Source: Lama glama (taxonomy: Eukaryota). Taken from it: DNA of 64,000 bases. A program made the position numbers and the translations under genes. Below, in pieces: positions 40,084 through 52,200 of the stretch (positions are counted from its first letter, which is position 1; the number at the start of each line of letters is the position of its first letter). The notes under the pieces were generated by a model. That model did not search any database and was not told the origin of the DNA. It worked only from the letters and a program-made list of their open reading frames with translations. The stretch covers positions 98,768,001-98,832,000 of the forward strand of contig CM052817.1 of the NCBI GenBank assembly GCA_028534125.1, read 5' to 3'.

Positions 40084-40636
40084 TGTTGCCGAAAAACTGG
40101 CCTCTGCACCCCAATAGCCAAATTGATACTTGGAGGCAGAGTCTGGGGAGAATTAGAAAAGAACAGCTTTATTGCCTTGCCAGGGAAGAGAAGCCACAGC
40201 AGGCTGATGCCTCAGAGACCGTGAGCCTGTCTTGGGGTAAGAGTGCTGGGGTTTTGTAGAAAAATGGGAACATAAGGGTGATAACAGTCAGGGTGTGGGC
40301 AGGATCTACATTCCTTTCATCCTGATAAGAACTTGCTGCTGTTATGGAGGAATTAAAGAGGGCCTGCCAATTTTCTTGAGGTTCAGTCCATGACCTTGTT
40401 TCAAGACCTCTAGGGTGAAAGGGTAAGTTACTCTAAGAAAAGAGTGCACAAGGAAGGGAGCACGTTAGCCGTAAGATCAGTTTAGCTAGAAGCCCAGGCC
40501 TGAACAGTTCAGCAGCCGTCTTGTTAGTTTTCCACTTTCACTGCCGTTAGCTTATTCATCAATTAGTTCAGGAACCGGGATCTCTCCTCTGTGTGTGTGG
40601 CAGCTGCTGCAATCCTAACCCTGTAACAGCTGTCCA
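40084..40636 (-). mobile_element. ERV1-class solo LTR
   Basis: Begins 'tgttgccgaa'; has an antisense AATAAA ('gctttattgcc', ~40168); related to the LTR at 42057. The right end is uncertain (possible TSD ttac/ttaa). Confidence 0.7.
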
Positions 40637-41275
40637 TTAATACTCGTAGGTTAATAACTTTGCAAGAAGTTGACAGTGACACCTAACATAGTATGTGCTC
40701 TTCTTCATGGAATCAGTCAGCGCTCTTGAAATGGCTAATCCACATTTCTCATTGATCAACTCTAGATTTCATCTTGTTCTGATTGTTGAGCTGATGGACT
40801 GTCAAGTTGAGCTATCTCTGTTTCCCCAAGGTGATGTTGCTTTTGAAGCTCAAAGATAGATGATCACACGGAGATGGGATGTTTTATTCATGTGACGAGC
40901 AGGAAGGTCCCATGAGCATCTCATGGCTCAGGAAGAGCCTGTGCTGCTATCACTTCCCATAGGAGGCAAGAGGATCCACCTGGGATAGCCACTGTGTTTG
41001 CATTGGCCAGAGTTCACACATCTTTGTTCTTGGCTTCTTGGCTTAGGTAGGCAAAGACTCCTGGCCCCTGTGTGCCCTCTTACCCAGGCCCCGCCCCCAA
41101 CTGCTCTGGATGAAGACAGTGCTCATTCACACCCAGAGGGGCCAACTTGTTTGCAGAAACCTCTCATCTGACACAAGTAGGACCTTTCCTTCTGGAAAAT
41201 TACTAAAGTATTTTCAACAGAAAAACTGATTTCTAAAGATCCTTATGCAAGACTGAACTGAGAAACAATACTGGT

Positions 41276-41385
41276 AGAGGTGTCAGATTCAGAAAGAAAG
41301 CAAAGCGTATGGGACATACTTATACTAAAAAAATGATTCGTTGCTTATCTGAGATTTAGTGTCTGAATTTTATCTGGCAACCATA
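41276..41385. mobile_element. MER53-like hAT MITE fragment
   Basis: 'tatgggacatacttatactaaaaaaatgattcgttgcttatctga...tttatctggcaacc'. Confidence 0.75.
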
Positions 41386-41448
41386 GATGCAGATAATGTT
41401 AAAAGAAAGACAAAATTATCCCTGCTGATATTTGGAGTTGGGAAGGGG

Positions 41449-41925
41449 TATCAACTGAAATAAATGCACAACCTAAAAGTTGAGAGTTATGTTTCATTCG
41501 GTGGACAATTCTAAGGACTCAGCCCGGGATGACAGCCTCTCAGATGGCTCTGAGGGACTGCTCCGAAGAGGTAGGGGAGGAGCTAGGATATATAGGAGCT
41601 TTACAACAAAGACCAGGTAGTTGGAACATTAAAAGATTACTTGTTAACTAAAGAAAATCTCAAGTTAAAGAATTTAGCACTTTTCTGTGTATGGGAGGAA
41701 GCAAACATTTGGGCTCATTGTATTCATTCCTTTGATAGGCACCCAGCTATCTAGGGCCAGTATCCTGTCCTTTCTTATTCTGAGTCCCCTTAGAGTGCTC
41801 CATTGTGAGTGGCTGCAGAGGCCGGGGTGCAGGCTTGTCTTCACTGCGGGGTGGCGGCAGCCGCTGATGACTTGATGGTTTCATCATTTGCTTACTGATA
41901 CAGTTTACAGTATTTTTTGTTCACA
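41449..41925 (-). mobile_element. MER41-like (artiodactyl ERV1) solo LTR
   Basis: 'tcaactgaaataaatgcacaacctaaaagttgagagttatg...ggatatatagg (antisense TATA)...gttcaca'. 4-bp TSD gggg (41445-48 and 41926-29). Confidence 0.85.
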
Positions 41926-42056
41926 GGGGGAAATGACTACTGCAACTGGGAGAAAAGTCAACCTCAGTCTAGTTTACAAGAAACTAGAATTTTTCAGCAT
42001 TAGGCTAGAAACAGTGTGAAGAGGGAAATGGATAGAAAATATATAGACAGTAGGAG

Positions 42057-42644
42057 TGTTGCTAAAAGATTGGTCCCCATCCCTGATGAGCCAAATAACC
42101 CAGAGACAAGGTCTTGGAGTGAGAAGAAAAGAGGCAATTTTACTGCTTTGCTGGTTAAAGGAGACTCACAGCAGGCTAGTGCCTTCAAAACTGTGAGCCA
42201 ATCCTTGGGGATGGGGTGGGTGGTTATCTAGCCATAGCTCAAACAGTGAAGCATCGATAATAAGCAACAGAATCGTCTTCTCATCAGAAAACTTAGAATG
42301 GTGACATGATGCCTCCAGGCGACCGATTCTGTAGAGGCCAGCGGTTAGATCTCTTTATCTCATAAGCACTCAAGGTGTGGTCTCCTTGGTAATTCAGGCT
42401 ATTTTGTAAGGTTACAGTCCTGTGAACTTCTCCTTGGAGAAGGACCCAGAGACCAAGCTTAATTATTACTTTCAATGACTGGAATAAAGTAGAAACAGTA
42501 AAATCAAGAGCTTTAGTTTTAACAATGGGCCTGTAGCTGTGAGTAGCAACTGGTCCGTCAGGTCAGTTGACCGTTTTAAGGGCAAGCAGAAGAATAAGCA
42601 ATCTGTTAGCCTAAGTGTGGCCGTTTTTAATCAGTCCTCCTCCA
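42057..42644 (-). mobile_element. ERV1-class solo LTR
   Basis: TG...CA termini, 588 bp, perfect 4-bp TSD ggag (42053-56 and 42645-48). Confidence 0.85.
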
Positions 42645-44375
42645 GGAGTAGCATGGATCATGGAAGATGAGTGTGTTCCCTGTGATGGGGAAATGAAAAA
42701 TAGTACATTACAGTGGAAAGGTTCTTTATAGATTATTTGGTCTTACATCTTCCTTTCCTCTAGAAGGAAATTAGAACTGAAATATTAAGGGGCTAAGTTA
42801 CCTGACTACATTTTCATCATTATTTAGAGACAGAACCAAGGACAGAACTTTGATCTCTGACCCTTCCTTTGTGAAAATCTGTATGTCAAGACTTTGACAC
42901 ACTTTAAGTTTAGAGTCAATCCATGTAAAATCAAGTACTCTTGATAATGGAGACATCTAAAGAGAGCTTTCTTGTGTAAAAGTGATTGTTACAGAAATCG
43001 TAGCAGCAATGCTCAGTTTCAGTAACTGCACTCTCCCTCCTGCAGAGACCAGATTCACAGTATCCTCACCATGTATTCCTGACTTATTTGGATTCCTAAG
43101 GGTAGTATCCCAGGTTTAAATTAAATTTAACTCCCAGTTTGGATTAAATTAACTCAGTGATAGCTTCTAAATGTATGACTAGAAGTCTATCTTGTCTGAA
43201 TCTCTCTTAAGGAATTTACAGTCTTGTTCATATAAGACATACCCACATAAAATAAAGATCATTATAAAATTAGTCAAACATTAATTTTAGTTGAGTTAAA
43301 TTAACTGAAATTCAGTATGTTTGATGTAGGAAGAAACTTATCAAGCCTAAGGAAGGAGGTAACAGCATTAACTGAAGTGAATCTTCCTAAAGAGTAGGAG
43401 TTGAACTTACCCTTGAAATAGCAGAAGAGTGTGCAGATTAGGGGTGGGGTGCAGACGTAGGCAGAGCATGAACAGGATACAGAAATAAAAATGATCATGG
43501 AATGTTCTAGAAATGTAAGCATTGGCTATAGCATAAAAGGTCGTACTTCCACAACCTCCATTGCCCTGTACCTTTTTGCCCCTAGTTCTTTTACAGTCAC
43601 AACTGAACCACTCTGGCTAGTCTGGTCTATTCATTACACCTCCTCTCGAAGGAAGCCCTTCCAAGCCCTCCAGGCCACTCCCTCGTCTGGCTGGATGGAA
43701 GATAAATCAGCACATGAACCCTCTCGTGACGTGTCTAGAACATGCCTCAAAATTGTGGAGATACGTGGGAGAAGTGAAATAATTTAATTCCTGCTTACAG
43801 AGATTGTCATTCATTTGGGGTTTTTTTTGTTTGTTTGTTTTTTGTTTTTGCATTTTAAACCTTGTTTTACTTTCAGCTAGAAATATTAAACCATTTCAAA
43901 AGCAATTGCCTTAAAGAATAAAATAATATCTTATGACAAGCTAACAGGTTCAGGCAAAATCCTAGAATTTGTATTATAGGGTGAAGAATAAATAACCTAA
44001 TTCCCCTTATTAAGATTTTTGTTCAGAATGAATATATTGAAATTATACAGAAACTCTCCCCAATGACTGAAGACGTAAAATCCCCAGGAAATGAATCATT
44101 TGATTTGCAAGATTTTAACAAAAATATCCTAAATTTTTGTGACCTAACACTAGCCATTACTGAATTTAATTATTTTTACCTGCAATGTTTGTCTCTAAAA
44201 TTCATTTAAAATAACCTGTCAAAACAAAGTAACACTTGTGTCATCCACTATATAATTTCACTAGGAATTCTTTTCATAAATTATTGCTGGGTTTGCATGT
44301 TCCCCTCTCACAGAACTTCTGATACCTAAACTTCTGAATTTTCTCCTAAGGCCACATTCTCTGAAAACAAATTAC

Positions 44376-44492
44376 ATGTTTAAGTCATTGATTGTGGTGA
44401 TGGTTTCATAGGTGTGTATTTATTTCCAAACTCATCAACGTGTATATACTAACTATGTTTAACTTTTTGTAATGTCTGTCATACCTCAATAA
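44376..44492 (+). mobile_element. Old L1 (L1MB/MC-like) 3' end fragment
   Basis: 'ttgattgtggtgatggtttcataggtgtgta...ccaaactcatcaa...atacctcaataa'. Confidence 0.7.
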
Positions 44493-44503
44493 TTTTTACT
44501 TTT

Positions 44504-44949
44504 TATTTTTTACTTTATTTAAAAAATTTATTTATGTATTTCTTTTACAATATCATTTTTTTAAATTGAGGTATAGTTGATATTATATGTTATATGTTAT
44601 AGTTATGCAATATAGTAATCAAATTTTTAAAAGTTATACTCCATTTATAGTTATTACAGAATATTAGCTCTATTCCCCATGTCGTACAGCACATCCTTGT
44701 AGCTTATTTTATACCTGATAGTTTGTACCTCTTAATCCTCCACCTCCATCTTGCCCCTCCTCCTGCCCTCTCCCCATTGGTAACCACTAGTTCCTTCTCT
44801 ACATCTGTGAATCTGTTTCTTTTCTATTATATTCACTAGTTTGTTGTGGTTTTTTTAGATTCCACATGTAATTGATATCTTACAGTATTTGTCTTTCTCT
44901 GTCTGACTTATTTCACTTAGCATAATGCCCTCCAAGTCCATCCATGCTG
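44504..44949 (-). mobile_element. L1 3' UTR with A-rich tail (antisense)
   Basis: T-rich tail, then 'ttgaggtatagttga...ggtaaccactag...ctgacttatttcacttagcataatgccctccaagtccatccatg'. Confidence 0.9.
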
Positions 44950-45000
44950 GACACCAGAAACTAATACAACATTTTAAATCAACTGTACTTCAATTAAAAA

Positions 45001-45546
45001 GCAAACAAATGAACAAACAACCCATTTAAAATACGGGCAGAACTGAACATTTTTCCAAAAGAGGAAATGTAGGTGGCCAACAAGAACATGAAAAGTTGCT
45101 CAGTATCACTAATATCAGGGAAATGCAAGTCAAAATCACTATGAAATAGCATCTCACACCTGTCAGAATGGCCATCATCAGAAAGAACACAAATAACAAA
45201 TGTTGGCACGGATGTGGAGAAAAGGGAATCCTTGTACACTGTTGATGGGAATGTAAATTGGTGTAGTCACTATGGAAAACAATATAGAGGTTTCTCAAAA
45301 ACCTAAAAATAGAACCACCATATAGCCCAGCAACTCTACTCCTGGGCATATACAGAGAAAAACAAAAACATTAACTCAAAAAGATACATACACCCAACTA
45401 TAAACAGCAACATTATTTATAATTGCCAAGATATGGAAGCATCCTAAGTGCACATCAATAGATGAATGGATAAAGAAGATGAAGCATATATATGTAATGG
45501 AACACAACTCACCCATAAAAAAGAATTATATTTTACCATTTGTGAC
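45001..45546 (+). mobile_element. L1 ORF2 C-terminal segment (inverted relative to the 3' UTR)
   Basis: 'catctcacacctgtcagaatggcc...ggatgtggagaaaagggaa...gatgaatggataaagaagatg'; disabled by stop codons. Confidence 0.9.
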
Positions 45547-45599
45547 CCTTCATTCACTTTTTTTTTCCCACTTCAAAAGCCCAAATTTTATAGCTGGTA

Positions 45600-45905
45600 T
45601 AAACATTTCTGTAGTATCAAAAACAACAAAATGCTTAGAAATAAACTTAACCAGGAGGTTACCTGTACTCTGAAAACTGTAAAACATTGATGAAGGAAAT
45701 TGAAGGTGATACAAAGAAATGGAAGGATATCTTGTGCTCTTGGATTGGAAGAATCAACATTATCAAATGGCCGTACTACCCAAAGCAATCTACAGATCTA
45801 CTGCAACTCCTGTCAAAATACTTATTACATTTTTCACAGAACTAGAACAAACAATTCCAAAATTTTTATAGAACCATAAAAGACCCTGAATTGCCAAAGC
45901 AGTCT
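45600..45905 (+). mobile_element. L1 ORF2 post-RT segment
   Basis: Encodes [28 protein letters not shown], a typical L1 ORF2 peptide. Confidence 0.9.
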
Positions 45906-46396
45906 TTTGTAGGTCTTTTTTTTTTTTCCCCCTCTTTCATCTTTTTGTTCTCTTTTCTTATGGTTTGATGACTAGAGAAGGTTCTTTAACATTTGTTGTA
46001 AAGCTGGTTTGGTGGTACTGAATTCTTATAGCTTTTGTTTATCTGTGAAGCTTTTGGTTTCTCCATCAAATCTGAATGAGAACCCTGCTGGACAGAGTAT
46101 TCTTGGTTGTAAGTTTTCCCTCTTGCCACTAAATATATTGTGCCACTCCCTTCTGGCCTGTAGAGTTTCTGCTGAAAAAACAGCTGATAACCTTATGGGA
46201 GTTCCCCTGTATGTTATTTGTTGCTTTTCTCTTGCTGATTTTAATATTTTCTCCTTATCCTTAATTTTTGTCAATTTGATGACTGTGTGCCTTGGTGTGT
46301 TCTTCTTTGGGTTGATCCTGTGTGGAACTCTCTGCTTCCTGGGCTTGGGTGATTGTTTCCTTTCCCAAGTTGAGGAATTTTTTGGTTATGTCATTC
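45906..46396 (-). mobile_element. L1 ORF1 C-terminal segment and spacer
   Basis: ORF 46026-46274(-) reads KDKEKILKSAREKQQITYRGTPIRLSAVFSAETLQARREW...KSFTDKQKL, which is L1 ORF1p. Confidence 0.92.
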
Positions 46397-48099
46397 ATTT
46401 TTACTTTTAGTAGTTGTTCCTCCAATACCAGGCATGGTGCTTTGTATGCAAGAGGTGTTCAATAACATAATCTGCTCCAAGTTGTTTGCTGTTCTGCATG
46501 CTTGAAGATGTGGCTTGACCTAACAGATAATAGGCAGGAAATATACGTGTTCTTTAATGAAAGGGACCTTCCTTGTCTTACTAATCATTTTTTTTTTTAA
46601 TTCCCTTTGTGCCTCATGCAGTGCCAGGACCACAGAGCGAATCTTAGTGAATTATGTGTGGACACACGCATGTGTGTGACAGGAAGGAACCTATAGATCA
46701 TGCCTCCCAACCCTCTAGCTTTATGAATGAGAGAACTGAGAACCAGAATGACTAATAACGTTCTCAACGTTATTGAACAGATTTTAAGCGTTACAATCCA
46801 TGTCTCCTCACTCTAGCAAGTACTGCTGTTTTTTGGGGGTTTTTTTTGTTGTTGTTGTTGTTTTAAGGATACTTTGTTCTTTCTCATCTTTACCTGGCAG
46901 TCCAAGAAAAATTAGCTGGATTCAAGGTGTTCAGTTGTCCATCTCTCAGTGGCATGCCTCTCCCTTTTTCCTGTTATTGGAGTAAAGCAGAAAGAGCCCT
47001 CAAGGAGTCAGAGGACCTGGCTCCTTTCTAATCCTGCCACTGCGTTTGTGCCTTAGAGGATTCACTTATCTTCTCTGAACTTCTGTTTCCAGACCTATAA
47101 AGTGAGGTGGGCATGGAGTTTAGCACCACTTAGACAAACGCTCGGTCCCTTCTAGCTACATTCAGTAACTGAGTGATACACTTGGGAATTATATTGGCTT
47201 TTTGAGGGTTCAAGAATGTTCTCCTCTTCTCTTCTTTCCCTCTTTTAAAGTGTTTCCGCAGCGTTTGCCAAAAGTGGAAGTGCATAAGCCTGTGTGGGAG
47301 TCGGGTGGGGGGAGGGAGGGCTAGGGAAGATGGATCGGGCTGCAGTGCGAGACAGGTTTCTGCTCTCCTGCCCTTCGTTCTCCAGGGGGCACAGGATGCA
47401 GCCACCTCGGCAGGATGGCCGTGGCCTTTAGAACATTAGGAATCTTTCTGGTGCTGGGTGCTCTATCTTTGGTTCTTATGTGGTCGGTTTGTTTGGTTGG
47501 TATCTATGTCCCTGAAGCATAATAATACACAGAGTAAAAAGACCGGCTCTTCCAGGTGTCACCAGTGATGGAACAAAGGCTCCTGAGGCATTGTGTGAGG
47601 AAACCACAGCAGCTCCCCTTGGGAAGGGAAAGGAGTGTACCCCGTTCACCTCTTTTAAGTGTGGAGCCTCCCCGGAAGGATGTATTTTTTAGAAGGAAAA
47701 GTCTGCGCTTTTGGCAGGAGAACTGAAATAGAGAAATTGAGCTTGACCTATTTCCTTAGCACTGCAAGCCTTGCATTGTCCTCCCAGGCAGTATGAAAAT
47801 CCTTGAACTGGGAAACCGACAGCTGCAATCAGACACTTGCATTGAGGGAACAATCATGAATTTTAATAGGAGAGCTGCTGCTGGGAGAGGTTGGGAGAGG
47901 AGGGGAGCCAAGCCAAGTCAAACAAAAGGAGCGGAAGGGGGGTCACTCCACATACAGCTCAAGGCAGTGATGAGAGTAATATTCAAATTACCTATCCCAC
48001 AGCGATGTTGATGACTTAAGAGGGAAGGATTGCCGAACTGTTGTGAAGTGGAAGGGGTTCTGAATCTTCCGTGATTACAAATCCCACTGCACTGAAGGC

Positions 48100-48650
48100 A
48101 AAGAAGGCGGGCAATGCCAATGCAAAACGTGACTTGCTAGCAGGAGCAGGCCCCAGACACCGCGCTCCAGCAGCGCCCAGGAAGTGAGCCCCGAGGACCG
48201 CGGTCACCGCCACGCAGATGCAAGTGCTTCCCCCTCAGACACCGCACAGGCTGCACAGGCGGCGGGGACACACGTGCACAGCCCCGGAGCCGGTTTCAGG
48301 ACGTCCTGCCCAGCGGCCCTCTGTGCTGTGCTGGAACTTCCCTTCCGAGTCCCCCGCCAGCATCCTGTTTGTCCTGGGGCGGAAGTGTTGGAATCTGTTC
48401 CCATTGTCAGATCTCTTTGTGAAGCGGTTGCTGCTTGCTGTTAACATTCCCAAGGTGGCCTCCTCAGGAGTCAGGATGTAGAGAACAGGATCAGAGGAGC
48501 GTTTCTCTCTTTGGAGCAAGGTTCTGTCCGCTTCTTTAAAACCGTGCCCGCGCCGCCACACCCAGACCGAAGCTCTGCACCGCTTCCGGGGATGAGCGCA
48601 TCCCACCCATCCCACACCCCCAGGCACTTTGTCCTTATTTGTTTACATGG
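48100..48650. promoter_or_regulatory. GC/CpG-rich patch, possible enhancer or weak CpG island
   Basis: Many CpGs compared with the AT-rich surroundings; E-box cacgtg (~48271) and ETS-like ggcggaagtg (~48378). Function is inferred only. Confidence 0.3.
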
Positions 48651-49026
48651 CTCTGTCACTTTAGAAGGGGGGCCTGAGTCTTTATCAAGTCAGGAACATA
48701 ATCATTTCAGAACCCCGTTTTTCTGAATCAGTCTTGATTTTTTTTTTTCCTAAGCAAAGATGCCACTTTAAAAAAGTACATTACAAGCTTTGTTCACCAG
48801 GCTCCTCTGTTGGTGAGATTATTTAGCCTGGGGATAACTGACCAGAGACAGTTATCCGAGAGAGTGCTGGCTGCCTTCCGAGAGCTACGGGAGAGGTACT
48901 GTAGCCCTCCCACCAGGCATGGAAGCAGCAATTGCCCTTTTCTGAATGGGTATTAAAGATGGAACTAATTTCTTGGCTTGTGAGCAGGTTCTTCTCCTGT
49001 CGTAGAAAGGGGAGGTGATGAGTAAT

Positions 49027-49240
49027 GTCCTCTCACGGTATCCACGGGGGGGGGGGGCTGGTTCCCTGACCCATCATGAATACCGAAAGCCGCGGATGCT
49101 GAAGTCCCATAGCTGGTCCTCCGCATCCGCGGATTCAGCCCCACCGCGGGTCTGAAGTAGTTCTGTAGTTTTTATTGAAAAAAGTCCAAGTATAAGTGGA
49201 CTTGCGCAGTTCACACCCCTGTTCTTCGGGGTCAGCTGTG
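49027..49240. mobile_element. MER8/Tigger2-like TcMar-Tigger MITE
   Basis: 'cggtatccacgggg...tggttcc...ccgcggatgctgaagtccc...gtataagtggacttgcgcagttcacacccctgttcttcggggtcagctg'. Confidence 0.8.
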
Positions 49241-52200
49241 TGTCTGTGGTGGGGAACTGGGACTTAGCCGGACTAAGGCAGAACACGTGAGAAGTGGAGA
49301 CGAGGAGCAGGGCTGCCCATTACCATACTGTGAGGAAGGAAGCGTTCTGGATCCCCGGCCAGGGCTTGTCACCAGCCCTGCAGGTGTCGGTGCAGCCTTT
49401 GTGGGCTGTTTGGCCCGGGCCTCACATTTGTGAAGATTTCCTATTTAGTCTTAACAGGTATCACTGAGTGAGTCTACATAGTTGTAGTTTATATGTATTT
49501 AAATAGTTTGTTCACTGTGGGTGGAATATATCGTGGTTACCGTCATAACCCATTTTTGCATTTCTTCAGGTTCTAGTAGGTGGAAGTGTTGTGCCTCTTG
49601 CCTCCTCAGCGCCTTCTCTGTTCCCTGCGCACACGCTTCCTGTCCACAGCGCTCCTGATGCTGAGGTCTGCACGGGCTCCCGTGTCTTTGTCCTGACTGT
49701 AAGGGGGGAGAATTCCCTCCAAGTCATCTAAGTTGCTAGAGACAAAGCAGCTCTGGTGGTGGAGGATAGGTGGGTGGGGTTCATGGTGGTAATAACATTT
49801 ACTTACTTTGGGGATCCTGCTAGAGTTCCACTCCTCACTACTGCGTGGTCATGCCGCCCTCTCCCCTTCTCCTCACATCTCTTTTCTACCTAAGCCCTCT
49901 GGTTGTCCATGGCCATCACCACGGTGTAGTAGAAAAGCTGCCCACCCCTGCCCCCTGCCATGAGTCTCATGCTTTGCTGAATCTGGAGTCCCCTGCCTCT
50001 GTGCTGCTCATCCACTCATTCACTCGCTGAACATTCCCTGTGTGTGTGTCCTCGGACACGGTGCTCTGGGGACAGTCACGGACTCCAGGTGCTGGACGTT
50101 CTCCCCATCCTCCTCTGCGGCTCCAAGCTTATGGTGACCTCCCTAAGCCCCCATCCTGATACTCCATCTGGCTTCATCCACGTGGCTTCATCCACCTGCT
50201 TAGGTTCCCAAGGTACCTTGTCACACTACAAGAATCTGAGGGTCACTTCTGTTCCTATTCATGGAGAAATAACGTACCAAAATGTCTTCCTGGAGAGAGG
50301 CTGAGAGGTCTTAAAGCCGTAGTGAGGCAGGGTATTCTTTAAGTCGTTCAGGTGCCACAACAGATTGGAAAATGGCCAAGAAGCAAAGAGGCTCTTCTTT
50401 CCAGGCGAAATAACAGCCTCCTTGTTGGGAAGGGAATAATCAATCCCAGCTGTAGAAAAGAGACCACGTTTCCTTTGCTTTACCATTCAAATCTAATCTC
50501 ATGACATGAGTGTCTGACATGAGTAACATTCTTGCCCAGACTGGTGGCCCCAGGGAGGGGATGGTTATTTAAGACAGCTGGCTCTCCATGCAAGGCATAT
50601 AACTTGATGATAAATGCTTACAGATAACTTCCCTTACTCACTGGTCCCAGTCCCAGTTTAATTGACACCCCTGGAGATTTGCAAAAAATACATAGATGTT
50701 TCTTTGAAAGAATATCATGTCTCTGGATGCAAGAAAAAGATAAGAAATTCTGCGTGTGCACAGCTCATCAGCATTTCCCTGCTTGTGCAGTTCTTCGGGG
50801 AGGGGTTCCTTTTATGTATTCCCTGTGAAGCAGAAGTTTCCTGTGCCTTTAAAACCTGTCTTGTGTTGTAGTATAGAATAAATCTGACATACGATTTTGT
50901 TTTTTCTTCCTTTGCTTTGTCTTTTGAAAGGAACTGTTTCTATGAATTAGCACTTTTAAGTCATCTTGCAGATTTTTTTTGCCCTGAAAGCGTAGGTAGA
51001 GCTCCATCAAAAATAATTTTAAATTTTAGTAATTTAAAAATTCTTTTTTCCAGAGTTTATACTCCTTTGGATGAAGAAATCTTGTTCTTGGATTAACAGT
51101 TATACATAAATTCCTAGACCTAAGTGTCAAGCATTTGCTTCACATTCCTTTCTCGTCATTGGAGATGAAGCCTGTGGGCAGAGAAGGAATTGATTCACAC
51201 ATCTTTTCTTCCATCTGAGAACTTGGTCACTATAATGGTGGTAATATATAAACTAAATGGATATTCTGAGGAAACAGGCATTTATTTGAAAGATTTTGGA
51301 AATACTGAGTGTATGTAGAATTTGTCTTTGCAATCAAAGGTAATAATGTTCAATGGCAGAGTGATAATTAATCTTTTGAAAACAAAAACATGAAGAATGG
51401 ATCGATGACCTAAAAAAATAAATAAAAGGAATTGATAAGAAAAAGTAAGACCTGGCTAGGTTGCAAAATCAGTATTGAGTGAAGAAAAGTAAATTGCAGA
51501 ATTGATATATTTAGTATGCTATAACTTAAATAAAATTTTTACAGCATACTAAATAATGTTCCTGGTTGTCTGTAATATGAAGTCTAAAAACATGGCTTGC
51601 GAGGACCCAGGCTGAATACTTGATAGTATTTTCCTGGGGTGGTGGAGAAGGAAGGCAGGCAGGAGGGAGGAGAAATGGGGCTTGGGACCAGGAACAAAAG
51701 CAATTTTAACTTTTGTTTTATTTTTATACAAGAAAAAGATGTGAGGCAAAGATGACAAAATAACATTAACTCTGGGTGCTGGGCATTATCTGCTGCAGTC
51801 TTTGGTCCTAAATGTATTTAGTTACCTAAAAATGAAACAACAAAAAAGCTATGTCTACCTTCATTCTAAAGTTTCACGTATATGGGAGTAGAGGTGCACA
51901 GTCAATAGATAAAACTCTTCTACGAGTATTTGTATTTTTGATAAACCAGTGAGTCTGACCTCTGAATACCTTGCTTTGAGTCCTCCCAAACTGAGGACTT
52001 GTTCTAACAACTCGCAAATCAGTTATGTATATGTTAGTGTAACAAGTTTTGGCTGTGTTTCAGGAACAGGTGCCTTTTAAACAGGGAGATCTAATTGTGG
52101 TATTTGCCTGAGCCAATATCATACTCGTTTTAAAAGTGTTGCCATAAATAATTCAAATAGATGGCATGCTTTCTGTGTCTAAATAGCCACAGGCATGTAA

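Noticed and set aside
38611..42644. Related LTR pairs as ends of full proviruses
   Set aside because: The LTRs at 41449 and 42057 each have their own TSD, pair members are quite divergent, and I see no primer-binding site or gag/pol/env between them.
46754..46774. Palindrome aataacgtt-ctc-aacgttatt
   Set aside because: 9-bp arms are within chance expectation for a window of this size.
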